Positions 52,951-64,000 of a stretch of 64,000 nt of DNA are shown here, piece by piece; within the stretch, counting starts at the first letter, position 1; each line of letters begins with the position of its first letter. The stretch is from assembly GCA_013239625.1 (NCBI GenBank), contig MU053934.1, positions 5,412,399 to 5,476,398 of the forward strand. The letters run 5' to 3'. A program made the translations under genes and the position numbers. The notes under the pieces are model-generated. The model saw nothing but the letters and a program-made list of their open reading frames with translations. It did not search any database and was not told the DNA's origin. This stretch comes from Lama guanicoe. Lineage: Eukaryota.

Positions 52951-53345
52951 ATGTAAAATTATGTGTGTGTAGATAGATAAGATAGACAGGCAGGCAGGCA
53001 GGCAGATAGTAGATTTAAGTATGAAGACTTCTTAAGTAAATTTTAAAAATAATAATAATCATTCCCTAAATGAGGAATGATGAATCATGACTTTAAAAGA
53101 TTTATTCAATTATCTCATTCTGACTGTCATATCTGTTGGCTGATGTTTTTCTATACCACATCTCTAAAATGAATGACCCCATTTATCAGCTACCTTTACA
53201 GTTTAAGCAGAGTTAAGAACCACAGCAGGTAAGCACTATTTGCAACAGCTAACCCAATGCACTAGCTACCAGCAAGCACAAGTGATATCCAGTAAGAATT
53301 CATAAAATACAACCATAATTACGACAGGGTGAGTACAGATAACAT

Positions 53346-53597
53346 TGCTGTATGACATGTAGGAGAGCTATTAAGAGAGTAAATCCTAAGAGTTCTCATC
53401 ACAAGGGGAAAAATTTTTTTTCCTTTATTCTTTTCATCATTCTTTTCTTTTTATTGTATCTATATGAGAAGATGGGTGTTAGCTGAACCTATTTGGGTAA
53501 TTATTTCACAATATATGTAAATCAAACCACCATGCTGTTTGCCTTAAACTTATACAGTGATGTGTGTCAATTGTTTCTCAATGAAACTGGAAAAAAT
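53346..53597 (+). mobile_element. L1 3' UTR fragment (L1MA-type)
   Basis: ttaagagagtaaatcctaagagttctcatcacaagg..ttatttcacaatatatgtaaatcaa..ccttaaacttatacagtgatgtgtgtcaattgtttctcaatgaaactggaaaaaa. Confidence 0.8.
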
Positions 53598-54149
53598 GTT
53601 ACAGCCATGAAACTTATTGAATACGCTATTATTTCAATTCTTCAATGGCCAAATACAACCGATACTGGCCCATACTTAATGATGGCTGGTGAGTTCTGAC
53701 TGGGAGAGATGATGGTCTCCATAAGCACCTGCTGAAAGCTGCTGTGCACCCAAAGAGAAGCGCACTCTAATCTTAGAAATTTCAAATTCCTACATTACGA
53801 AAAAGTGTCCCCAAATCCGTTTCTGTGGAAAGAACCTACTACTAACATTCCTCCACCTTAAAGAAACTTCCAACTGAGATACATCTTTGTATCTAAAGGT
53901 AGGGCCAGAGGTTCCTGAATGAACAGAAGGCATTCCACCCATAGAAAGCAGTATTGTGCATACATAAATCTTCTTGGGGACCTTTGCCTTAAAATTTTTG
54001 TTAGTTACTTAATCAAATGAGAGACTAAACTGTCTAGGAGAAACATATTTTTCCATAAAGGCTAGATGCTAATCTTAATAATAGCACATGTGCCAGGCAC
54101 TGTTCTAGGTGCTTTACACATATCAACTCCTTTAATCCTCATAAAAACC

Positions 54150-54362
54150 CAGTGGTTCTCAATCCAGAGTGATTTTGCCCCCAAGGGGACAATTGGCAAT
54201 ATCTGGAGACATGTTTGCTTGTTACAACTCGAAGGTTGCTACTGGCATCTAGTAGGCAGCAGCCAGGTAAACTGCTAAACACCCTACAACACACGGGACA
54301 GCCCCCACAACACAGAACTCTCCAGCCCCAAATGTCAATAGTGCTGAGGCTGAGAAACCCTG
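54150..54362 (+). mobile_element. MER20 hAT-Charlie DNA transposon nested in an inverted MIR (about 54075-54500)
   Basis: Termini cagtggttctcaa and tgagaaaccctg. Internal gattttgcccccaaggggaca.ttggcaatatctggagaca..gctactggcatctagt..ccccaaatgtcaatagtgctgagg. Confidence 0.88.
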
Positions 54363-54809
54363 CAATAGCCCTATGAGGTAGGTACTACTGTTGTTCCCAT
54401 TTTTTCAGATTAAGAAACTGAGGCACCAGGAAGGTAAGTAACTTGCCTGAAGTCACACACCTAGAAGATGGCAAAGCCAGGATCTGAACCTCACAGTCTA
54501 GCTCAGAGGCCATTCTCTCACCGTCTCATAAGAAACACAACTTTCTGCCTCTCCTTCTGGATTCCAGGCTTCTTTGGGAGAATGGATTATTTATTTGTTC
54601 ATTCACTTAAAATTCCATCTATCCATCTGCTCATCTATTCATTCAATAAGTATTCATTGAGCATACGTGCAACATACTGCTCAAGGCAATTCTGGGTGGA
54701 CGAGGTTGCTGTCCTTGTGGCGCATGCGTTCCTCACTCACATCACCTCACTGTCCTTACTAGTCTCTGGACATGCTAAGCATGATCATATTCGTGCCTAG
54801 AAAAAAAAT

Positions 54810-54986
54810 TTTTAATATACTTTTATGGATGTATATAGTCTGTTTACAATGTTGTATCAATTTCTAGTGTACAGCACAATACGTCAGTCATAGAAGAACA
54901 TGCATATATTTGTTTTCATATTCTTTTTAACCATAAGTTACTACAAGATATTGAATATAGTCCCCTGTGCTATACAGTATAAACTT
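54810..54986 (-). mobile_element. Short L1 3' end inserted in an L2 relic
   Basis: Inverted L1 tail (tttacaatgttgtatcaatttctagtgtacagca..caagatattgaatatagtcccctgtgctatacagta). Imperfect TSD gtgcctagaaa (54793) / gtgcctggaaa (54987). Confidence 0.8.
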
Positions 54987-57900
54987 GTGCCTGGAAAGTT
55001 TTTCCCCCAGGAAAACCCTCACTTCATTCAGGTCTCTGCTTAAGTTACTTTCTCAGAAAGGCCTTTTTTTGGCCATTTCTAAATTAGCTACAGATTCTTA
55101 CCATCTATCCCCTTTCTCTGCTTTATTTTTAACAGTACTCATTGTTCCTAATATATGTTATGTTACATAGTTGCTCACTGTCACTACTTCCCTCTCACTA
55201 ATAGAACATAGACTCCATGAGATCTATTTCCAGAATTGAGAAGTCTGCCTGGCATACAGGAAGCATTCAATAACTATTCACTGAATGACTGGATGAGCAA
55301 CTGTCTTTTCGATCTAACTTCTCGTGACTACCATCTCTCACCTGGACTTCTGCAAGTGCTTCTTATTTGGTCTCCCTACCATCTTTTCTAGGCTCTTCAA
55401 TTTATCTTTTACCTGAAAGCAGAATAATCTCTCTAAAATGCAAATTTAATGTCATGCCTCTATTCAAAGCCCTTCAAAGATTTCCCATTGCCCCGAGGAT
55501 AAAGTCCAAACTTCTAACATGGCTTTTAAGTTCCCTTGAATCTCTGAGTTATTCTTACCATTTGTCATTTCATATTTTATAGCTGTACTTACAGCAACAG
55601 CAGTAATAGCTAACAGGTACTGAGTACTTGCTGTGTGCCAGGCGCTAATCTAAGGGCACTATATATCCAAAATCATTTAGTCCTAATCAATGAGGTAGGC
55701 GTTCTTGTTATGCCTATTTTCAGATGGGGAACTGAGACACAGTGAAGTAACTGTCCAAGGGCAACAAGTAAGTGGTAAGGCCAGGATGTAAACCCGGCAG
55801 TTGGACTCCGGAGCCTGTCCTCAAATCCATTATACAAGCTGCCCTCTGCACCAGCTGTAACAAAAGTCCATCAGTTCTCTGAAGGTGCTATTTGACTTCA
55901 CGCCTTCAGAGCTTCACGTTGTTCTCTCAGCTTAAACATCCCTCCCTCTGAGAGGCCGTCTTGTGAGAGCCCTAGAATTGTTTGGATCCCCTGCTCTGTT
56001 CAATCACAACATTCTGAATTTCCCATTAAAACTCCCATTCTATTTTACTGTAGTTACCTGTCTGCCTTCACCAATAAATTTCAGGCTGCATGAGGACAGC
56101 TCTTCCTGCCTGAAAACTATCTGATTTAACCCCTCCCTCCTCTGACTCCTCCTGAGCATCCAAATAGCACTCTTCCTCTAAGGTCCAGCTCTAATCTCAC
56201 CTCCATTGTGAAGTTTCCTGACCTCGATTTTTCTTTTTTCTCAGGGTTTTATAACCCTTCATAGCCACAGTATCTCCAATAAGAATGTAAATTTGAGTCT
56301 TAGAATCATTCCTTCTAGTCTCAGGAATCCCCCAGAATCCTACCAGAGTGTTGAGCACATAATCAGTAATAAATAAGTACTTGCTGATTAGAAATCTCAT
56401 TAGCCGTGAATATTATCAACCCTCAATCACCCATGCTAACAGAAGAGCCAATGCATCGAAAGACAGGCAACCTGCTGGATGAGTCCATCAATCTCTCAGA
56501 GTGGGAAGGAGTGCCTGTATCTGTACTGAGTACTGTGTAGTTGTTTCCAGTTTTCCAGAAGTCACAAAGCTGCTACAAATGCACAATTCTCCCCTTGTCA
56601 GGGCCCAGAGCCTGCTCAGCTCATCATTCCATACTGGCAAACAACTGTATAACTTTTCCTCATCTGTGACACAAAGATAAAAATAAGCAGAGGTAGTCAT
56701 ATTCTAAACATTTGCTGGTTCACACCTTCTCCTAATAGGGAGATCATTGTTTGGGCACAAAAGATCATCTATGCTAACTCTTACTGGGCAAATGTCTTGT
56801 TTGTATCAACAAAGTGCTCTTGTAAATAGAACAGAGTGACAATATCAATAAGAATTTGAAAGAGAGATTTGCCAAAGAAAATCCCTGTGATGATCCATTC
56901 TTAGGATAATCCAGAATTGATAAAAAGCCAAATTCTTCCCACAGTCCACAGAGATTTGCCTCGGCCTACGGCTGTTTTCTCTAAGTGAGAGTTTCTAAAC
57001 TCCTAGAACTCCCTCTGGCTTAGCTTCTTCTTAGCTTCTCTTTCTCATCCAACTGGTCAAAGTTTTCTTACAAAAACACACCACACATCTGAAAAGCTAA
57101 GTTTCTCAGCCTGAATTTTTGTTTATACCTGGTAAAAGCTACAGCTTTCTCCCAGAGGGATTTCAAAATGCCTAAGCTTCTCTCCAGAAAACTCTTCAAA
57201 TAGTTTCAGTGACCAAATGGCAACAGCTTTGGTACTAAAAAATTTCCCAGCATCTTTCTGTTTTGGCAGGCCCTGCTGAAATCCCCCTCCCCAGAAGGGG
57301 AGGATTTGAGTAAAAACACTACCAGCTTCAAGTTCCCTTAGGCAAATTTCCAGCCCCAGTGCAAGGCCATAGGGTTAAACATTTCTCAATGACGCAGGCT
57401 CCCTCAGAGGGAGGAACAAGAAAAAAAAGCAAAACTTATTCTTCCCAGTGCAATAAATCAAGAGACAACAGCCAAGTCCTAAAAAATAAAATATGAGTGA
57501 AGTTAAACTATATACTGTTTGCTCTGCTGCAGCCCCTGCAGGAGCGCATAGCCAGGATGAGAGCTGCGGGATGGGAGAAAAGGCAAGTGCAGAACCAGCG
57601 GTCCAGCCAAACGGACAGATAATTCTCTAGGTTTCTGAAACCATCTCTAGGTTATTAATAATGCGTATGTTTCCAGCCACGGCATAATGTATGATAACTT
57701 AAGCAACTAAAGTAAAATGACTGAATGGGTGGTCGTGGGGTAAGGAAATGGAGTCACACATGAAGCAAATCATTATTTAGAATTAAAATGTCTACTAGGT
57801 GGAAGGCTGGGAAAACCAAAGGAAAGTACAGTTAATCAGCTTCTTGAGGAAAGAGTATACGGCTGATTATAGAGAAGGCAAACTCATCTGAGGGGCTGGG

Positions 57901-58089
57901 AGGGCATTTGGACCTCTGGCCACCTGCAGATAGATGAAAAAATGAAATAAAATCAGAATTGTTCCCCCAGAACTGACTCATAGATTATAGAACTTTAGAG
58001 TTAAAAGGGGCCTGATGCTTACAAGAAAATGCTAATGATGAAAATATTGTTACATTCGTACAGCGCTTTACTTCTCAAAGTGCTTTCAT

Positions 58090-59790
58090 TCATTTAGTCC
58101 TTAAACAAAAATTATTATGTACCTGCTGTGTGCTATGAACTGAGGATACAGAAATAAGACACCACTCCTGTGTTCAAGGAGCTTGCCTCCAATGACGAGG
58201 CCTGCTAGGAACAATAACGTAATAAAACTAACCCTCTGGTGGTCTGTCCCAGGGAGAGGGAGAGCACAGGAGAAGGAGCACCTAAGTCCATCGGGATGCA
58301 TAGCAGGCATCTCGGAAGAGGGAGCCCTTGATCTGGGACTTGAAAGTAGAAGTAGGCTGGCAAGCAGAGAGAGAAATGGTCAAGGCAGAGGGACAATTAT
58401 ATGCAAAGGAAGAGAAAATTCAAAGAGCACAGAATGTTCTGGAAACTAAAAGTAGTTCAGCACTGCTGGAGACTGTAAAGTTAGAAGTGATAGGAGATGA
58501 CCAAATAATTAGTCTGAGGCCAAAAAGACGATATAATAGTTTAAATTTTACCCCATAAAAAACTGAAGCATTCTGAGAAAAATGATTAGAATTGATTATC
58601 AGAAAAAGGATCTTGGTGACTGTATGAAGGACAGATTAGAGAAAAGTCAGGTCATAGGCAGGGAGACTACAGTGAAAAATGATGACAGTCTGATCCAGGT
58701 AGGTGAGACAAAATATGAGAAGTCAAAGCAGAGGTAGAATCTACAAAACCCAGAGACCAGCTAGGTGTGAGGAACACAGGCATCCCGGTTAGGGAACCGG
58801 TACTGAGTTAGGGAACGCAGGGGTTGTCGTGGGCAATGTGACATCAATTTGAAACAGTAAAAGCCTGAAGTGCATGTGAATTGTCTAGGTGTCCAGGTAC
58901 GAAGAATTAGTAGGTTAAATGAAGCCAGAGCTCAGGAAATAGGGTGGGGCTAGAGATACAGAGACATCCTGAATAAGTGGCAGTTGAAGCCCTGGGCTGG
59001 TGACATTGCTAGGGAGAATGTGTAGACAGAAGAAAAATGGGTCAATGACTAACCCTGGGGAAAAGGGACAGGAAGAAGAGAAGACTGGAAAAGAGACTGA
59101 ATAATGGACTGAGAGGTAGAAGCCAAACTAGAGAGAGAATGGTGTCTATAGTGTAGCTGCCCGGGATTTGAACATGTTTCCTATTAGGAGGAAGTTCCAC
59201 GGTGGGGGAAGCAGGCCTCTCTTCCCACTATAGAAGCTGCAGAGAGACAGAGTGTTCATCTCTCAGCATCCTGGCACTTAGCTCACAACAGAACCCAACT
59301 CCAGCCAATCAGATCCTCTCATCTAGAACTCTGAAAATGAGGGGAATGGCATGATGGTGGAAAATTCAATCAGAAATTATCCAAGACACTGTGTTAAATA
59401 TCTAATGGTGGCAGTGCCAATGGCAGCAAGTGTACACTGGAGACCAGGCCAGCAGCAGTGGCAGAGAAAGTCCAGTAAGCAGTGCCAGAGTCCTCAGCAG
59501 ACCAGTCCTGCGACAGTGGTCTTTGCTGTCTTGCCTCCCTCAGTTTCTGCTCACTTTCTGACCTTTATTCACCAGCTTTCTTACTAAGGCTGTGCACTAC
59601 CCAATATTCTTCCAAAATTTTTTATTTTATGCTTAGGTTAACCAAGATTACACAAAGAACCCTGAGTAGCATGGAAAGAGGAGAGAGCATTGAATAGGGC
59701 CAAATGGTAAAGAAAGGTCAAATAAGAGGAGGTCTAAAATGGGCCCACAGCATATGGCCACCTGTAGGTCAACGGTGACCTTGGTGACAC
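58090..59790 (-). mobile_element. L2 LINE remnant interrupted by an LTR
   Basis: Inverted L2 terminus (ttcattcatt..aacaaaa.ttattatgtacctgctgtgtgc) and purine-rich body ending ggtcaacggtgaccttgg. Confidence 0.55.
59152..59670 (+). mobile_element. Ancient ERVL solo LTR (LTR33/LTR16-like)
   Basis: TG start, ccagccaatcaga CCAAT, gtggcag/cagcagcagtggc repeats, and 3' ttatgcttaggttaaccaag..caaagaaccctga. Confidence 0.55.
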
Positions 59791-62700
59791 TGTTCACGTG
59801 TTAGCTCATTCCACCCTTACAACACCTTCTGAGCAAGATAAAGCATGTACAGTATCTTTATTTTAAGGATGAAAAAACCTGAGACTAAAAGAGATTAAGA
59901 GGATTGCTTAAGGTCATACAGTTCTTTTTACAATCTGTGGTTGTTCTCAAGAAAGCTACTTAAAAAAAGAAAAAAAAAGAAAGAAAGCTATTTTGTAGAT
60001 GCTCATTAAAGAAGCTGCTAAATGTCTATACTAATTCTCATACCAAATGTCAACTGACACAGCTGATAACCACATACGGTTCACAATCCTGGACTTCTAG
60101 CTTCTTCCATTTTGGTAATATAAAGAGGATCCTGACAAAAGTACTAGGATCCTTGTAGACAACCACCCAGAAACACACCTCAAAGAACCTTGCCATCACC
60201 CTTCTCATGCTTAAAGAACATATCATCAGCTACATGGACTCCTCAAGTGGAAGAAGGACTCTTCCATCCTTGACCATGAGAACCACTGTGGGAATGAGAC
60301 GCTGAGAGCTTTCAGAAGATGATTATTTCTCAACTTCATTCCTTTGGGATATGTCACAGCCAGGAAGGGAGAAATTGGAAATAGCAGCTTTCACAAGCTG
60401 CCAAATCCATGTCCGAGTCCCAGGGGATAATTAGCCAATGAGGTTTTGTAGAGTTGATGTAATGTTGGCAGAGGCTAATGCTTTATGGCTGAACATGTAG
60501 CCTCTTGATATTTAGCTAAAGGGCCAAAAGGGATGACATCCCGAAAAGCCAAGAAACTCATACCATAACACCACCACTTAGCAATTTGCATCTTAAAAGT
60601 AATTTGTAAACTTTAACTGATCCATCTTTATTATGAATAGTTTGCAAGAGCATTTGTTAGGCTATAAATTTTCTAAGTCTTACTTTATGTAATTCCTTTA
60701 ATAGGAAAAGAAATTTCCAAGCACCTCCAAAGAGATAATTTAGATTTAGATAATCTAAATTACAGATAATTTAGAAAGCCTAAAATAACAAAAGAAAGAA
60801 ATTAGAAGAAAGGGAAGTTTTCCAAAGAATAAAGTCTGTTTGTGGTACTTTAATCCCACTACCAACACACCAAGTTTAAAGCTGTCTGACAATGAAAACA
60901 ATTTTTGAAACAGTACACTAAGACAAGAGCTCTCAGGAGCACCATGTATCTCACAAAAATGGTCAATCTTCACCTTAAAAGTACTCTGAGGTGCAGGAGC
61001 TAAGCAATCAGTGGGTAAGAAGTGGAGGTATTCAAACATTAATACTCTTGGTTTGAGCTTGAGCTATTAAATTTCAAAATGAATGCTTGACATTTTAAAA
61101 AAAATTCTTAAGTCCTCTGACTTAAATATACCATGATGATCTCCCAAAGCCTGAAACAAAACTCAGTACATTAAAAAGAAAAAGAATTTTAATTCTGTAA
61201 TCAATTAGCCAAAACATAATGCTCCCAAATATGCACTAGCTCCTTACTTGAAGCAAGAAATAATTTTTGGTTCAACCTTGGGCAGAGGCGTATCTCATGA
61301 TAGATACAAATACTCTGTAGTTTATATATGTTGACAATTTCACAAAAATTGAGAATGACTTTTCTCAAAAGGAATGATGGAGTGGGAAAGACTAACACAA
61401 AAAACCAAGACCCTCTACATCTTATAAAGGAACCAGAGAGGTAGTTAAGCAAGGTAGTGTGTACTTGCTCTCCCCCATTTCATGTTTACTTCTTTCATTC
61501 ATTAACATACATGTATTCAGCACCTACTATGCATCAAACAAGACAGATGCTGGATATAAAAGGGCAAAACAAAATTAACAGTAACAGGTAAGATAACTGC
61601 CTTCACAGAGTTTATAATCTAGTGAGGGAAATACACATCAAATAATCAAAAAATCCCATAAACAAACATAATCTCTAAGTCTAAATGTATGAAGAAAGAG
61701 AGAATGAGAAAAAATGAAAATAACCAGAGGGGAGGGGCACAGGGCAGGGGGGCATTCTCTGAGACCTAAAGAAAGGAGAGGTGGATGGAATCTAAAAAAT
61801 CAAAGGGAAAAGAGCAGAAGGTGTAGCTGGAGAAGTGGGCAGGAACAGATAAAATGGAACCAGGCACACCGAGACACTTCCCTACTATCCCATGAGTACA
61901 AACACTGACTTCAGAACTAGTTACCTAAGCTCTTCCAAACTGTGTAAACTAGTGTATGATCCCTACGCAGGTAGAGACCACATGTTTTTCTAGATTCTCA
62001 AACACTTTCCATGTAACAGCTAGGAAATTCTAAGAGTACATCAAAAATACATCTTTTCTTCAAATTTATCAAGACTTAGTCTGAGAGCATTCATACTAAT
62101 CACTTTAGTTGGGATTAAATATAAATTTAGTAATATTGAGTCAGCTGACCAAAAGCCAAGCTGCAAAGGGGATCTTTAGCAAAACTTCACGGAAGATTAC
62201 CTGCAAACATCTCATAGGCTAACTTAGCAGATATAAAACCCAGCCGTTAAGAAGTTCTGAAAGCTCTGTACTACAGAGCTCAGAAGAGAAGGGGGAAGAG
62301 GGCAAGGGGAACTTTTTTCTTATCAGAGCCAGCAAGGATATCATACAGAAAATGTTCCTACTCTAAAGACATACAGGTTTAAATTTACTTCCTACCCACA
62401 GAAACTATTTGCTACATCGGAAAAAACTTCTAATGCACATTTATGGCAAGACACTCAAGAGGTTTTGCTTAGTTTCAAATATATGACGCTGGTTTTGGCC
62501 ATGGGTGTAGAGTCAAACATCTTGCTACACTGTTATTCAAAATAGCATCCCTTCTAATCTTTGTAAACAGGTACAAGAATCACTGTTAAAAAGAGGGAAG
62601 CTTCTAGGCAAAGGTTAGGGCCTGTACGAAGGCTTTCTAATTGGGTTAAATGTAGGGGGAAAGCTCGTCCCTATGTAGAAATGAGATATGGGACAGCAGA

Positions 62701-62932
62701 ATTTAATATAGATATTCCAAAAGAGGAAAATGTTAGAAATGCTTTTGTTTTTAACAATTATGTCATAGTGTTCCAGGTGGGGAAGAGGGGTAAGGCAGGG
62801 GGGTAAGAGGGTAACAAAGACAGGTAAGCTATGTACTGAGAGAGCAGGACAGGGAACCTAGACAAGTTGGGTGGCCTGTCAAGGGCTGCTATATAATCAC
62901 TGTGGAGTAAAAACATTTAAAGTGCACATGGA

Positions 62933-63185
62933 AAGCAGTATGACGTAGCGGTAAAAAGCATGGATTCTGAAGCCAGACCATCTAGTGCAACCTCAGCTCT
63001 ACCACTTACCAGGTGTGTGGCACTGGACATGTTCTTTATCTACTTTGCCTTTCAATTTCATCATCTGTAAAATGGGATAATAAGAGCATCCATTTCATGT
63101 AGTTGCTGCAAGGATTAAAAGGGCTAATAGTAAGGAGTTTGGAACACTGTCTGGTACATGGTAAATCCATGGTGTTAGTTACCAT
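62933..63185 (+). mobile_element. MIR SINE, near full length
   Basis: gcagtatgacgtagcggtaaaaagcatggattctgaagccagac..ctcagctctaccacttacc..tcatctgtaaaatgggataataa. Confidence 0.82.
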
Positions 63186-63448
63186 TATTTTATTTTAAAT
63201 ATATTTTTATATTTTGCTGGAATTCTTACAAAATCCACTAAGAATTCCATACTCAAGAAAGACATCTCTTATGTTTTGGGGTTTGTTGCATTTTCCTGTT
63301 TGGTTTCTACTAGTTTTTTTTTTTCTTTATTCTATTAAGCCATGTATGAAAGAGATTTGCAAAAATGTAAAACAATGCTATCCTCTTACTATTATGGAAA
63401 AGAGTTATTTCTCTTAAAACACATTATCTATGTTAATACATAATAGGA

Positions 63449-63580
63449 TTTTTTTTATTGATTTACAATATTGTATTAGTTTCAGGTCTACAGCAAAGTG
63501 ATTCAAGTATACATATATTTCTTCATATTATTTTCCATTATAGGTTATTACAAGATACTAAATAAAGTTCCCAGTCTCTA
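63449..63580 (-). mobile_element. Short inverted L1 3' end
   Basis: Poly(T), then attgatttacaatattgtattagtttcaggtctacagcaaagtgattca..ttccattataggttattacaagata. Confidence 0.8.
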
Positions 63581-63621
63581 CTAGTTTTTAATGATTTATT
63601 TTTAAAATATAAGGCTGTCTT

Positions 63622-64000
63622 CCAAATGCTGGAGAGGCTGTGGAGAAAGAGGAACCCTCCTACACTGCTGGTGGGAATGCAGTTTGGTACAGCCACTGTG
63701 GAAAACAGTATGGAGATTCCTCAAAAGACTAGGAATAGACTTACCATAGGATCCAGGAATCCCACTCCTGGGCATATATCCAGAAGGAACCCTACTTCAG
63801 GATGACACCTGCACCCCAATGTTCATAGCAGCACTATTTACAATAGCCAAGACATGGAGACAGCCTAAATGTCCATCAACAGATGACTGGATAAAGAAGA
63901 TGTGGTATATTTATACGATGGAATACTACTCAGCCATAAAAACCGACAACATAACACCATTTGCAGCAACATGGATGCTCCTGGAGATTGTCATTCTAAG
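63622..64000 (+). mobile_element. Relatively young 5'-truncated L1, ORF2 C-terminal cysteine-rich region, runs off the window
   Basis: Translates as [93 protein letters not shown]. It has one stop (TAG 63747-63749) and no frameshift. Confidence 0.95.

Larger units (their letters stand above)
1..64000 (-). other. MRTFA: Internal portion of the MRTFA (MKL1) gene: four coding exons plus introns, no gene end in window
   Basis: Four minus-strand exons join in frame to give VLQLKLQQRRTREELVSQGIMPPLKSPAAFHEQRRSLERARTEDYLKRKIRSRPERSELVRMHILEETSAEPSLQAKQLKLKRARLADDLNEKIAQRPGPMELVEKNILPVESSLKEAII, the MRTF-A RPEL domain. The first exon has an acceptor and the last has a donor, so the gene continues on both sides. 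Confidence 0.95.

Noticed and set aside
41..63417. The many 60-180 aa ORFs in the supplied track as independent genes
   Set aside because: Apart from those overlapping MRTFA exons (657..1211, 4385..4582) or L1 remnants, they are low-complexity or repeat-derived, many lack a true ATG, and none resembles a protein family I recognise.
63535..63544. Perfect CArG box CCATTATAGG suggesting SRF/MRTF autoregulation
   Set aside because: It lies within a standard L1 3' UTR stub, and several CC(A/T)6GG matches are expected by chance in 64 kb of AT-rich DNA.
24472..64000. Alternative first coding exon of the short MRTF-A isoform, or other upstream exons
   Set aside because: No matching exon was found by eye. 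It probably lies beyond 64000, and a TBLASTN with MRTF-A N-terminal isoforms would settle this.

Overview
Mammalian genomic DNA, very probably camelid (alpaca/camel), judged from tRNA-derived Vic-1-type SINEs and the L1 3' ends. The whole window lies inside MRTFA (MKL1/MAL) on the minus strand. Four coding exons are present, in transcription order 24406-24471, 4508-4563, 1803-1878 and 749-910. They splice in frame with GT-AG boundaries and encode the complete three-RPEL G-actin-binding domain. The upstream exons and promoter lie beyond 64000, and the downstream exons lie before position 1. The rest is intron filled with L1, L2, MIR, DNA-transposon and LTR relics, and nearly all ORFs in the supplied track are spurious. 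I found no convincing new multi-gene system. The most noteworthy item is a near-perfect 200-bp tandem duplication that copies the splice acceptor and first 23 nt of the RPEL2 exon. It creates an upstream competing acceptor that leads to a premature stop, and it may be a real variant or an assembly artefact. Other items are TSD-flanked micro-retroinsertions (poly(A)-only inserts, 50-73-bp L1 tails and a polyadenylated LTR-like fragment), the phase-1 modular exon architecture of the RPEL repeats, and a strong CTCF-like motif. Repeat family names and boundaries were assigned by eye and are approximate.
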